Shown here: positions 1 to 13,685 of the stretch, in pieces
Position numbering within the stretch: position 1 is the stretch's first letter
Layout: each line of letters begins with the position of its first letter
Position numbers and translations under genes: made by a program
Assembly (NCBI RefSeq): GCF_000150275.1
Contig: NW_002060966.1
Span: 688,880 to 752,879 of the forward strand
Reading direction: 5' to 3'
Length of the DNA stretch: 64,000 nucleotides
Source: Trichoplax adhaerens
Taxonomy: Eukaryota > Animalia > Placozoa
The notes under the pieces: model-generated
What the model saw: the letters and a program-made list of their open reading frames with translations, nothing else
Told to the model about the DNA's origin: nothing
The model's database searches: none

Positions 1-19
1 ATCCATTGAATAGACTTAC

Positions 20-2527
20 GTGAAAAAGAATCTGATAAATCGATATAGCTTATACTTCGGTGCATTACATCCTGCTTTTGCGAAATTGGGACAAAAGTTT
101 TGGAAGTCGCCGTCTTCTGGTAATTATCGTCTTAAATTTATAATCATTAATTTTTTAAGCTTAAATTGCATAAGTTAGCCGGCAGGTGTAGTTAATGACA
201 TAAATTTTTTACTAGTTGACTTCCGCTGAGAATGGTCTTTATCGTTACTTTCGTTATACCCTCGAATTCTTTTATCTAAAGTAAATTGTATTATTTCTAG
301 TTGGGTCATAATATTCTTCTAATAAATATGGATATTTGACCAGAACTGTGAAAAGCCAGTTAATGCTCTTAAGCTATTGTGATTAAGTGTCTTCTCAAAA
401 ATATAACAAGAACTACAGTTTCTTGTAAGCTTCACTTTATTACAAAAGATTAGGTTCGTCTCACAACTATCAAGGACTATCTAACTGCACTCAGACTATC
501 TCTGGACTATCTAAATTATTACAGCAATATTCACTATTTATATACTGTACAATAAGTTACACAATGATTCTCTTTCAAATACAATCACATCTTACCAGTT
601 AAGTTACAAGTCCATATCTATATTTACTATCACGCTATCAATTCCTAATTTGCACTTCTAATTAAAGCGTCGTAATACAAATCTCATTTGGGGCTTCACT
701 ACAGCTATGTACTTCTAAAGCATTCGATTTAGTATTACTACTTACTAGTCTTACTATTTCTGTTCTTCACAGGTGAGATATTGGCCGTGGTATCTTTCAT
801 ATTTGACTTTTTATTGTTTATTCCACTGGTAATACCTTTTAATTAAAAATCAAGGATATGTTAGATCATAATGAAATTCTTTTCCGGAATTTTTTTCAAT
901 TTAAGTGGCAGAAAGGTGATACTTTCTAAATTAATTCTATGGAAGATAAATATCCTGCAAATAAACTAAATAATATTTGTATGAACGTCTGCTTCCAAGA
1001 TAGCACGCAATTCTTGTCTACAATAACACGGAATACATCGTATTGTACATGTTTGGGTCACAAATAAGAGTTTCAAATCATTTTTGGTTTTATTACAACC
1101 TAGAAGACTTGTTATCCAGTACAAAATTCTAATCTTATATTTCCACTTGATTGTAAATCAAGATTCAAACTACCTGTGTATGATCTAAGCGTATTCTCCG
1201 TTACCAACATAAATTAAGTTATTTTAATACGTAACTTCATTGTCATAACACATTTTTAAGCAATTATCAGAGCTGTAACCTATTGCTACAGATGCCCTTG
1301 CGGCATTTAAAACAACACAATACTTATAGAAATTTTGTAGTGTAGTCAAACACAGCTTATTACTCGTGCATAAACTAACATACAATTTGTAATCGAGTGC
1401 GAAAAATTATTTGGTTTATCTTCTTAATACAACTATGTTGTACCTGGGTGATCGCTTGAATTATCAGACAGTATCCTGACATTTGTCTCCCCATCGTTAC
1501 CTTTATTACTACTTAATGGTTCCTCTATGAATTTAGCTATCTTATCAATTTCGTCCTTCAACCACTGAAAGTCTTCTATATCTTGTTCATTGCAACTATT
1601 TCCATTATTTCCACTATTTTCGCGATTTATCAATGAATATGGACGGCCTGAAAGTAATTTATATATCTTGCGTAGTTTATGATAAGTTGTCTTCATTTCT
1701 TCATATGGCTTTTTTTCTTTATATCTACTAAGCCGCTTCTATCTAATGCTAGAATGCTATCGCTACTGCGTATATATTTTTCCCATCTAGTCTCACTATA
1801 ATAGGATCTCACAAAATCGATTTTATGCTTATCGCAGATTTCTTTCCGAAATTTTAAACTTTCCATGTACTCTTTCTTAGAGGCGTCTAACTTATTAAGA
1901 CTCTTATATAATTTTGCAATTTCATCTCGAATATCTGCAATCAACAGGCGGCGATGGTTTGATATTCCATTTAGAATTTCCTTGGATTTTTCTAAATTTT
2001 CCTTTACTGTTTCGAATCTGGATTTTTTAAAATTTTCCTTTGCTGTTTTGAATCTGGATTTTTCTAAGTGTGCTTTTCCGATCCCATAGAAAGCTTTACT
2101 CAATTCAACTTTATTTCTATACGTATCTTCTGGGACATTAACAACCCTTTTGTAAAAGCACTTTGACCCTCTAAAAGAATTATAATCACTTTCCCTGTCT
2201 TTCTTACGCTTGACTTTTCTAGTTCTGAGAGATATTTCACCCAAAATGTTATTAATTTTTGCCCAAAATTGATAATCTTTGTATTCTTCATAATCTTTAT
2301 TTTTTTTTATTACTATTTTGAACCAGTATTTAGCTTCTTTTAATTGATCTATAGCAAAGTAAGCTTTTCCTAAATATTCCGCTGAATCTATTCTGTGCCA
2401 ACTATTATCTTTAAAGTTTTTCTTCTTGATTCTATATGACCGCCAAAAGCAATCTATAGCTCGAAGATAATCACCCTGCATATAAAATAGATTGCCAATG
2501 GTATCATTAAGTAAGGCCAACTTGACT
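20..2527 (-). pseudogene. Paralogous TPR-Roco gene (partial; runs off the left edge): frameshifted, 5'-decayed TPR exon (2527-1444) plus open linker exons 835-755, 275-213, 130-20
   Basis: 1310-2527 nearly identical to 23660-24838; 1-bp deletion in A-run near 1710; 36-bp internal duplication (KSRFKTAKENFK/KSRFETVKENLE); the first two linker exons are homologous to 22162-22082 and 21880-21734 and all have phase-1 GT-AG sites. Confidence 0.75.
395..686 (+). repeat. Dispersed repeat, copy 1 (inserted in paralogue intron)
   Basis: Aligns with 2867-3153 (aatataacaagaactacag...gactatctctggactatctaaatta...aatacaaatctca); absent from the homologous intron near 21970-22040. Confidence 0.8.
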
Positions 2528-2866
2528 GTTACCTTATTAAAGATTGGTATGTTTTTGTTTAAAGATTATAACTATTTCTGTTAAGTTAGAAGTAATGCTT
2601 TACCGATTAGATAGAATTATTAACAATGCGTATCACATCACATTGTCGTTGCAGGCATATATAGCTTATTAGATTGTAGTGAATGGGTTCTGTAACCCAT
2701 AAATATGCAATCTACTAACGTCAATTAAGATATTAGATTTGAATAAATCCCTAATGTGGCAAAAATAGTCCGGCATCGCATTTAATTTTTGTGGTATTAT
2801 TTAACGATAGAACGTCTGGTAGAGAAGAATTTACCTATCTTTTCTCAAATAGCAATCGAAAGTAAT

Positions 2867-3153
2867 TCAAGAATATAACAAGAACTACAGTTTCTTGCAA
2901 ACTTCACTTTATTACATAAGATTATGTTCGTCTTACTACTACCAAGGACTATCGAACTGCAATCAGACTATCTCTGGACTATCTAAATTATCACAGCTAT
3001 ATTCCTGATTTAAATACAATTCGTCACACTATGGTTTTCCTTCAATCACAATCATATCTTACAAATTAAGTTACAAGATCATATCTAAATTTACTATCGC
3101 GCGATCAACTCATATTTTGCACTTCTAATGAAAGTATCACAATACAAATCTCA
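2867..3153 (+). repeat. Dispersed repeat, copy 2 (A/C/T-skewed sequence probably extends to ~3540)
   Basis: Direct similarity to 395-686. Confidence 0.75.
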
Positions 3154-4017
3154 CAGTACTCACATACTTAGCGCAACCTATTGTAATCTCAGATCTTTAT
3201 ATAAACATCTCAATATAGCCGCTACAATACGAACTGTAAACGCCTTCTACAAATAGTCACTAAAGACAATCTTACACTCTAGCGTACAGATCAGCCTATT
3301 CTCGTAAATCTTAAATCGTAATCTAAGCTACATTCAGGGCTTTTTTTACAGATACTTATTAAGCTATCCTACTAAGATATTTCCTCTAAACTTAGGAATG
3401 GTACTTTGAACCTTAACAACCTTGAAAGTGATAGATACAATTTAGTTTGGCTAGCTGGCAATTACTATTTTAATCTATCTAGTCCTAAACTACTGTAAGG
3501 TTATCAACTGTTAAACACTAAAGTTCCAATTCAGGAGACCATAATACATTTCTTAAACATAGACATATATAGCACGTAACGTAGAAATAAGGTGCAATTC
3601 ACGAAGTCTGCTTTCGTGAAATATCTCAGTTGTGCTGCAATTTGACCAATCTTTCGGATATTAAAACTTACGCTCTTAATATTACAACAAGTTTTAAATT
3701 CACTCATATAACTAAATCAATTCAATTCATACAGCACCTATCTAATACTACAATAGCACAATAAACATAGTTATCTGCAAGATAAAATTTATCCTGTAAG
3801 CAATGATATAGTAATCAATTTCAATTCAAAATATTATTGTAATGCTATAAAGGACTATAACTGCTGTGCCTGACTAAAACTAAAAGATATCCTTAAATTC
3901 AGCATTTTATTTTAGCTATAGCTAATTTCAATCCACAGTCGGTATATGCTGTATGTACATAAAATATACTTAGATCGCAATCTATCTAAAATTTGATCTT
4001 GGATATTTTCCATGTAG

Positions 4018-6201
4018 GAGCAACAACTACATATATAATGGTTGTAAGCAAATGTATTAAAGAAGTTATTGTTAAACATTATTCAGAGATTGCTAAAGAC
4101 GTCCCCATAGCAGATATATTATATGATTTACGAGCAACAGCAATATTGTCTAATGAAGAAGTCAGCAAATTGAGAGATCACTGTAAATCTGACCAAGATC
4201 GCGCCTTTAAATTCCTAAAAGTACTAGAATCAAGAAGCGATAGGAATTTTTATCAATTTTGTACAATATTACAACACAGCGATATTAAAAATGTGCAAAA
4301 TCTTGGTAACAAACTGGAAAGAGCAGCTACCGCAGTTGTGCAGAAACAAAGTAAGTCCATTGCTTGACAACATAAATATTTTGTCAAGACATTAGAAAAT
4401 TGCCCTTAAGATTTGATTGAAGATTTATATTGTTAGATTTTTAAATTTAGATTGAAAAAAAATAGTAATGAGTTTTTAGATAGTTCATCTTGGCGTCTAA
4501 AAATAATGAATGGCCCTGAATATTCTTTTGTTATCACTGAATGATAACTTATAAAATTCAGTACAATTTTGTCTTTCTTAGGCTAAGGATAACTTGTAGC
4601 GTTTTTATAATGTTACATTGGGTAATATTAGTTACCCAAATATTATACTGAATGCAGTGCGCTGAAAATTATACTATACCGTGGCTATCAAAGACTGTAC
4701 GTCTTCGTTATTATTAGTCAAGCAAAATAGAATTTATTGCACATATCTAGAAATTTTTATTACAATTTATTGGTATCAAAATAACAGTATAGAATACATC
4801 CACAAGCATTATAATCAGTCTTAATCACTTACTGTTTAATTAAAAATAATTGATCATTACGTCGAACATTTTTTAAAGAAGTTTATACAATTGAATCGAT
4901 CATTCAGTAAGCTTTTTATTCCTTATTTACGAAATGTAATCTTAGTTAGTGATGGGAACTGTCATGTGACTTTCCCTGGCTATCAGCAACGATCTGTACG
5001 GCGGATTAATAGTTAGAGCGTTATCATCCATAAGAAGACTTTAATTAAAATATCTAGAAACATTTATAGTAGCAGTATGATATGATTTAATAAAATTTAT
5101 CGGCGTCAGTTATGCAGCAAAGCATATCAATATTATAATTTCAAATAATTTTTGCTTGCGCTACAATGCTGCAGCACGGTGTATTAACAGACAATGGTTT
5201 CACTTTCGTTTAGAATATAAAATAGTATAAGTTGATCATTGTAGATGGAGACATAAATACCATAGCCCCTCGTTAAATTGATAACATATGTATGAGGTCA
5301 AGACAGAAAGAAATTAAAAGTTGATGTCACATCATTTGAGAAATTTAATGGTAAATAGCAGATGATAGATTAAATTTGGATTAGATCTCATAACCTTAGT
5401 GTGAAATAGTAATCATTGCACACGATATTGGATTTATAAATGTTTTATAATAAGTAGTTCATAAATATTACATAACTTAGACTGAGCCATTAAATCAAAG
5501 GATAAATTTATCTTTCTCCTAAATTGAAATTTTTTCTTCAGTGGCTTTTAGTTCAGGTTACTTTTTTAGTTAGTATTAATTGATATTTACTGTCTTGTTT
5601 CGGATATAAATGAGAATGAAAGCTTTCAAAAATCAGAAAATAGCACTGAAAATAAGGTAATTTCATTTCATCCAGGCAATGAGAAAATTAGTGAAGAACA
5701 ACTTTTACAACAAAGCAAGATCGGGAACAAGCGAAAAAAGACCTAGGTAAAAAAATAATGGATCATTTTAGGATAATTCTTAGCAGCTACAACATCGCAT
5801 TTGCTGATAAGCTATAGTTTATATCGTTGATCTGATCCTTCATCAAATTTATTATATCCTATTTACGAAATGTAATCTTAACTCGAACAGATTTAAATAG
5901 AATATAATTTATTATTTGCTTCGGAAATTCTTACATTTTTAATTTTATTAAATAATTACTGGCATAATGATAACTAATACAAGGCTGTCCAAATGTACTT
6001 TTGTTATAGGAAGTGAAGACGAAAATGAGTCTGATCAATTTGATTCTGCACCTGGTAGTCCTGAAGAGACGAGTAGTAGCGAAAAATTAGAGTCAACATC
6101 ATCAGTCTTTGCTGATAGAAATAAAAGGAAGCGATATTCCTCTTATCATTTATCAGAGGCTTTAAGTCCAGCTCACAAGCGATCAAATGACTCTGATAAT
6201 G
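4018..6201 (+). CDS. CARD-containing gene fragment (CARD exon 4018-4350, acidic/basic exon 6010-6201; disrupted exon 5676-5746 between)
   Basis: CARD pattern IKEVIVKHYSEIAKDV..ILYDLRATAILSNEEVSKL..SDQDRAFKFLKVLESRSDRNFYQFCTIL; catgtag| and |gtaagt sites, both exons phase 1-1; Met at 4038; no 3' exon found. Confidence 0.7.
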
Positions 6202-6546
6202 GTAAGTGAGTTTGCTAAATACTTTTTTAATGATAGCCCTTAAAAGTTAGGATATATTTTAGTGTCAAAAATAAATTTAATTTCCATGTTATTTCCATAT
6301 CTAAATTTATTATATGGAAATAACAAACAATATTTAACGTGCACTCTATTAATAGAATAATGGTAGCTCACCGCATTCATTTTTAATTTGGATTAGTATT
6401 TTACGTTTATGTCATGGATTATTACTGCAGTTGTAATATAGAAGCCTTTCTACTGCTGTATGATAAGTGAAGAAATTTACTTTTTCTTTTGTGAGGAAAC
6501 TAGCTGGTGCTGTCGTTCTCGTACTAAATGTTGCAAATTATGATTT

Positions 6547-7179
6547 GTGACTGTCGTAGTCAGCCCACGACAGGGAGACCTGGGCCTTTGAAGTTGTATG
6601 AATGCTAGAGCTACAACAGCCAAGTATGCCCCAACGGGCTAAGCATATACTAGTCTTAGACTTTTAAAATAGTTTTATTGAGTGAAGGTAGTCTTGCCAT
6701 CCAAGACTACTCTGACCCCACGGTCAACCGACAACTGAACTCACGGTCAATCGACAACTGTCCTGCTAGTGAGAGCGCTGGGCTTTATATACCCTAGCTC
6801 GGTTGCACTCGGTGCACAGCTTAGGTAAACAACTCTAAAACATACAGCTTTTGTATAGCCGACTGTCTATATAGTTTAGTATGGCAGACGGCGTAAACAA
6901 CACTAATGAGTTATGAACTAATTAAGGGCCAATTAACAACCAAAGGCTCAGCACAAAGTAACAGAAATTACTATTGTGTGAATATTACTTATCACCTCTG
7001 TAAATACATTGCTCTGCACAGTCTACAACAAGTATAACTAGACTACTAATAATGTTACAATTATCCCATAGCTAATAAATAAATGTTATTAACAATTAAT
7101 AAAATCTTAATTACTAATTACTAATTACTAAGGCTAATGCCACAATTAATTGACGGAGTCTATACTCCGTCATAGTCAG
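6547..7179 (-). mobile_element. Solo-LTR-like insertion (~633 bp)
   Basis: Flanking TGATTT direct repeats (6541-6546, 7180-7185); imperfect terminal inverted TGACT; terminal hairpins; minus-strand GGGTATATAAAGCCC TATA followed by AATAAA; internal 19-bp direct repeat 6719-6760; GC above background. Confidence 0.6.
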
Positions 7180-10099
7180 TGATTTAACCTCTTTGATTAT
7201 TCAATTGATCTAACGTTTTAATTCCGACTTCCTGTGTCTATAGGTAGAATATACTTATGAAATGGGCAAGAATTGCGTCAAATTTTGATAACGTTAATAG
7301 CAATGCATAAACCTAACATCCTTACAAAGAAATCTAAATTTATGAACTAAATTGTATTAAAAGTAGCTGGAATCAAATAATAGCGTAAACCAAAATGATT
7401 GATCAAACCTCCATCGCTATATCAGACATTCTTCTTGAGCAGTCGAAGGACTAAATAGAAATATAAAATACAGGAAATGATTACATAATTTGACTAAAAA
7501 TAATTTAGATCAAAATAATAAATCTTAACAATTTATTTATTTTGCAACTGAAGAAGATAGTGTAAATTAAAGATAGAGCTAAACAGTGTCAGAAAAGCCT
7601 TTGTACAGATAAGCTTGCCTACACTCTTTGCTATTGCATATCTGAAATCAGCAATTTATTCAACATTATAAAATATTATTATTCAAAATATTGGCGATAA
7701 GTTTATTTGAATTTGTTATTATATAAATGTACATGTGTTACGGTTCATCATTACCGTAAATAAAAAAAAAGATATTTATTCATATTTTTTCTAATGTAGA
7801 GTTGTGATATGTTAAGTTGTTAATGGATTTTCATTAATGAATGTGTGATAAAGATTGTCACACTTGATTAGTGAGTTGTTAAGTAACAAGTCTAGTTGAT
7901 TTGTTAATTGGAGTAAGAGTGGCAAACACTCAATATTAATTTACATATATTTATTCTATACTGACTATCATAAATACTTATATGTTATACAAAATCAAGT
8001 ATATTGTAAATAGAATTATGCCGATAGAAACTGGCACAGGTATATAAGAGCGTGCCTTTAATCATAGAAGGAGTTCTTATATTACATTGCCTAGTAGTAT
8101 ATTCTATCGTTCGAATAAAGAGGATTTATGAAGTTATCTGGATATTCTTACTGCTAAATAAGGTCTTATACTGAGCTGGTCGAGTTAGTGAAGCTTATTG
8201 GCAACGGTATATTACGGTAGAGCGGTTACGCTAGAAATAATTAGTTACTTAAGCCACAAATGACGTTAAGACAGCATGTAAAAACACAATAACTGACTGC
8301 CCTTATGAAAACACCTAATAAATTACTAACAGTTGCGAAACTTATGCGTATCCTACTACCATTTCTATACCTTCAGTACTATAGCTACCCCCATCATCAT
8401 GGTGGTGCATCACACGAACATGCATCACTCTGATCCTTGTACTAACGCTTGCTGAAAGCAGCTCACAACGAAGAAATGTTCTATTTATATCTTGATCTAA
8501 GATATCTAAATAAGTAATCGGAGTTAACCATAGGAGAGTTCATCACAAAGTAAGATGCTGGATAAAGTGCTTTCAATGGTAAAGAGCAAATTGTTAATGG
8601 AGCAAGCTACATAGCTAAGAAATTTAATCATATTCTACGAATCACCTCTTTAGCTGATCATATAACAGATTTTCAGGTGATTTTACTGTCTTCGACATTA
8701 TTATTACTTCATTCTCTTTTTCGCTTGTTGCCTTTCCTACTTTATCGTAACTGTTATTCCCTTTCCCTTTTTCCATTGCCCTAATCACGCATAATATCCC
8801 TATTATCAATGCTATTTTCTGATTTCTGGGAGATTCCATGTTCACCTACGAGTACATATCCGATATAATACAGCAAATATTAAATTAATACTGGCTTCTA
8901 AACAAACTTAATTAGGAGGCGTTGAAGAAAAGGGTTTTAATTTAGAAGAAGGATTAATTTATGCTTTAGTTTAATCGCACAGCCATTACAGAATTATATA
9001 AGACCCATTTGTGAGAAAATGTGTTCTTTATTGCGTAGCATAAATCCTATAAGATTAAAATTAATTATTGGTACTTTAGATCAGCGTGTAAGCTGTTACA
9101 AAGGACATTAGCTAAGAAAGTGGAAGAAATAAATAATATAGCTGCAAAAATAGTCAAAATGCGAAGTTTTTATTAAAATTCAACATTAAAAATTTTATGG
9201 AGGTATTTAGGGCACAATAAAACTGTTTGCAAATATCTCTAGGCAAATAACTTTTGCGCCAAGTTTTGTCTAAGTATAGCCACATAAAGATATTACTTAT
9301 GTCGCTTTTACAAAGCAGCTCCATTATATACCGTGCATTATCTTTTTTAAATGCTAAAGCTACTTATTAATCCACAAAAAATAACCGAATAAATTTCAAT
9401 TTACTGAAAAGAAGAATAAAGCTTGGATTAAGGATGAGTTATTTCCTCAAGCTTTCTTGTCAAATTACGTTAACAAAATTAACTGGCGTAACCTGTTAAA
9501 GCCTAAATCTAAAAGGCAATTTCGACTGGACATTGCAATCATGAACAAAATTAATTACTTACTGTATAAGCCCGTATTCTTGAAACTTTAATGAATTCGT
9601 TCGAAATTTTGTCATAAAATCTACTTGCTACTGGTTACAAAAAATAAAATCTTGAAACTTGCCACAATGTATATTCCGTACACTGAATCCCCTCTGATAA
9701 TATATTTTCAAAAAATAATTATCATAAAATAATTATGCTTTGGCATAATTTAAACTTTGTAATAAAAATACGTAAAGTAAACAGACTTTTAAGTAGGTAC
9801 TGATTTAAACCCTCTATTACTGAAAGTCAAATATACTCAGGTAGGTACCTTGCAGATAGAATTCTTGTTATCACAGAAACATCTACAAATTCACACAGCT
9901 CAACTTAAGTCAACTCTAAATGTTCCCTTTATATAGGAACCATTTACCTTGCAAACAACATTGATATTATTATTCTACCTTAATTTCAAGGTAACACGAT
10001 AACATGTCTGTACCGCTAAGCATTATTACGAGGGCTAGTAAATTTGACTTCACTATTCTTTAATTTGGGATTGTTTTAAAATAGTGCTTAAGTGCAGCT

Positions 10100-11630
10100 C
10101 CAAATAAGTTTAAGACTAAGATTAAAAGAAAGCATATAATCAACTGCAGTGAACTATAACATCTACGTTATCTTCGCCCTGAATTTTTAGGTCGATCTCT
10201 GGAGCTAGATTATACAACTTTATAGCATAATCATATCTTTTCAGTAAGTGATAGATGTTCCCTATGTCATAGTATGTTCTAGAAATATGAAGATTATTAG
10301 GATTTAATATGGCTAACCGAGTTCGTAAGTAGTTCTGATCCATAGAAAGGGCTTCAAAATACAGGCTCTGTTTTCAGCACACGTATCCAAGTCAGGCATA
10401 GAAAAATGACACATCTAGGCTTTCCTCTCCTAGAGCTTACTGGCGAATTATTAAGGATTTCTAGTATAGAACTGTTGCTTTCTGATTGCATTGTTAAAAA
10501 GCATAAATTTCTGCCATATTGTAATAAGATCAGAAAGAATCAACAAAATTCACTCCAACTACAAGCAAGCGGATTTTCTGGGATTTCATAAACATAAATA
10601 GGGCTGCATCTAAGCGACATTGAGCCTTATAGACAATACCGATATTGTCTAAGCAGTATGCAACATCTGTACTACTTTGGCCAAAGTTGATCAGAGGAAT
10701 TTGAAGCGATTTTTGATACTTAACAAGAGCTTTGTCAAATTGACCTTCCATCTAATGCGAGTACGGTAAGCAATGTAATACTAAGATCTTTCTGCATATA
10801 AACTATACTCTTTTAGTAATTTCAACCGCATATCTAATGATTTTGCAAAGATCTTTCTATCTAGTTTGTATCTTCTTGTAATACTAAGATCTTTCTGCAT
10901 ATAAACTATACTCTTTTAGTAATTTCAACCGCATATCTAATGATTTTGCAAAGATCTTTCTATCTAGTTTGTATCTTCTTTGATATGCGATTACTAATCC
11001 AATATCATCGTGAGACATGGAAACTAATAAGTTAGTTACTTCTACTAATTTAAACCAAAAATTAAGCAGTTTTCGCAGCATTTGCAAGGAATGATCATAT
11101 TCCTTATTTCTCCGATACATAATGCCTAAGTTACGGTAAGCTTCTACCGTATCCAAGTGATACTCGCCTAAAATCTGAATCAGCATAAAATATGCACTAT
11201 TACTTATAGTAGTAGATTGATACCAAAGACATTTCAAACCGAATAATGGAGCTAAATGACCTAAGCATCTAGCCGTTCGTAAGTCATTCTGTAGTTCTTC
11301 AGATAAAATTTTAGTTTGCATACAATAATGCATGGCTTCTTGGTATTTTCCTAGTTGTGGAGAGATTTTCGATATATCGAGATATATATCGCATGCTAGC
11401 AGATGATTTGGATTTGTATTTGATGGACAATCTAAATAGCCAATTGTTGCTACCACTTAGAGATATGTCGATAACGCGCCTTGAAAATTTCCTAGACAAT
11501 CTCTAGCCAAGCTAGCGGATCGAAGCTTTTTCATTCAAGTCAGATTATTCAAAAAGAAGCAGGATTTTTGCTCGTAGTAATTACCCCTAAGATCAACCGA
11601 ACTATTCATCTGCATGTTAATTCGTATACA
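10100..11630 (-). pseudogene. TPR (kinesin-light-chain/nephrocystin-3-like 42-aa repeat) pseudogene
   Basis: Fragments LGEYHLDTVEAYRNLGIMYRRNKEYDHSL, STDVAYCLDNIGIVYKAQCRLDAAL, HISRTYYDIGNIYHLLKRYDYAI in different frames with stops. Confidence 0.85.
10775..10980. repeat. Perfect 103-bp tandem duplication inside the TPR pseudogene
   Basis: 10775-10877 = 10878-10980. Confidence 0.92.
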
Positions 11631-13109
11631 TGGTTTACTTATTCGTCAGCTATCCCAATTTAGATTTATATATTATTTTCTTCAACAAAATGCTCAGTAA
11701 CTGAAATGTACACAAGTTTAGTAAATGTAGGGTATCGTAAATTTTCTGAATGGGTTACTTATATAGCCTTTAGTGGTGTAGTGATCAAAACTAATTGCTT
11801 TTGCACTACGAACATAGCAGTACTATACTTGAATGGCATCATCGAATTTTCAATTATGCCTAAAGTAATTGCTCTAGAACTTTAAATTTACTAATGAATT
11901 ATATAATATAATATAAACACTTACTACAGCAATTAAGTTTTAAAAGTATCAGTAAACTGGCAGTAACAATCACAGCAGGTGATACGATAATGAATTTCTG
12001 TGATGAGAAAATTTGGCAAAATGAGTTAGCATGCACTCTACCAACTTAAAATCGTACTATATTCCGTGGAATTTCCATGTGTTTCGCTAATTATTGATTA
12101 ATAAGGCTAAATTAATATGAAGCTTTAATTGCTTAGAAAGAGATTTCAGCGCCGTAATAATCAAATAAAGTGCAAAATAAGAAAGTAATTCCATCGTATC
12201 GTCTAATGAAAAGCTTATTACCAGCATTATCATTATTCTTTTCCCCTGCACAAAGGTAACGTCTCTAGTTACATAATGACGCATCCCAATAAAAGTAATG
12301 TTTCGTTATAAGAATTCTATGACCAACCTTACTTGCAAAGGGATCAAACCACAAATTTTTTAGCTTGTAATGGATTTCAAAAGCCAATATATGATAAATA
12401 CATAGGCGTAATACCGGTACATAAATGACATACTACACTAAGGACTAAAAAGTTCAACATCTTACATAGCGTAATGTAGAGTTCGATAAGTCAACGGTGG
12501 TAGATTTAATTGCTACGTAGAGAATAACACTAAGATCTTAGTAGAAGAAAATACTTCATTGTAGACTATAATTGCGTATAATGTGTAGACATGATGAAGC
12601 AGCACGTAAACTGCTCGCGAAATAATATGAGAAAATAATAGCAGTGTGACTATTACAACTAACAAAATCTGTAGTATTATAGCTTAGAGACAGTAGGAGA
12701 TAAAACACGTACAGAGAACTAAAATTCAGGACTAGACGCAGCTTTTACTATAAAAGATTACGTAACGATAAATACTTGCAGAAAATAGCAAAGACGGTAA
12801 GTGCTATAAATAATAAAATGCAGCAAGCTATATTTGAATATATCTGGTAGCTAATAGACTGCAAAGATATCGATATTCAACAATACAGAGCACAAAATGT
12901 CTATAAATAAGAGAATACGACAGCTTTAGTACGACCTAAATACATAGACATAGAACACCGTAAAGTAGAATGAATTATTACTTTCCAGTTATTTTTAATT
13001 TTAGCGTTCACTGTAATACCTATATATTACAGTAGTTTAGCGCATCAATCATATATTCTCATTGGTCGATGTATTCATAGCATGAGATATTTTTTATATA
13101 GACTTTCAA

Positions 13110-13392
13110 TTAATTTTCATCACCAGCAGTAAACTTTTTTTCCAATTTTTCTATTATATTTCCAAGTTGGCAACTACTTAAGATTTTGATTAAACGATCC
13201 AACTTCGCTTTTTTAGGATATCTACCATACCATTCGTCTAATAATTTCATGCAATTTGAGAATCTTCCATCCATGCTGTCAATAATATCTTCAACATCTG
13301 CTGAATGAAATTCCTACTTATAAGCAAATTGTTTCAACTTCTTTCTGGTGATAATTCGGCAATAATCTCAAAGCATTCTCTTCTCTTTTCAT
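13110..13392 (-). pseudogene. Decayed death-domain exon (former 3' end of the Roco gene)
   Basis: After a catttcag| acceptor: DEKRRECFEIIAEL, frameshift, KKLKQFAYK*EFHSADVEDII...NCMKLLDEWYGRYPKKAKLDRLIKILSSCQLGNIIEKLE = death-domain pattern with an internal TAG (13314-13316). Confidence 0.75.
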
Positions 13393-13685
13393 CTGAAATG
13401 CAAATGGGATAGCATTAAGTTATGGAGCGTAACAGTGTTAGAGTATGAAGTACTACTAAACTGAAATAGCTAGCACACCACATTAGCTATTCTTCTAGAT
13501 CTCATATCGCAGTTATTGTTATATCAAAATCTATTCTGGGAACACACATACTCTGAAATCTAAGCTGGAATAGCATCTGAAATTTTTTTCTTATTTTCCG
13601 CACTAAGTCGCTATTTCAAGCTGTGGTGTGCTTTAGAAACTACGCGTAATTGAGACGAATTGACTATTATTGCTAATTTACCATC

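Noticed and set aside
1865-2089. Plus-strand ORFs antisense to TPR, Roc-COR, GNAT and GART exons (e.g. 1865, 20496, 24213, 47477, 54698, 58630)
   Set aside because: Shadow ORFs of real genes on the opposite strand; no independent motifs
8000-8860. Coding-like fragments including ORF 8642..8845
   Set aside because: Stops in all frames and no recognisable family
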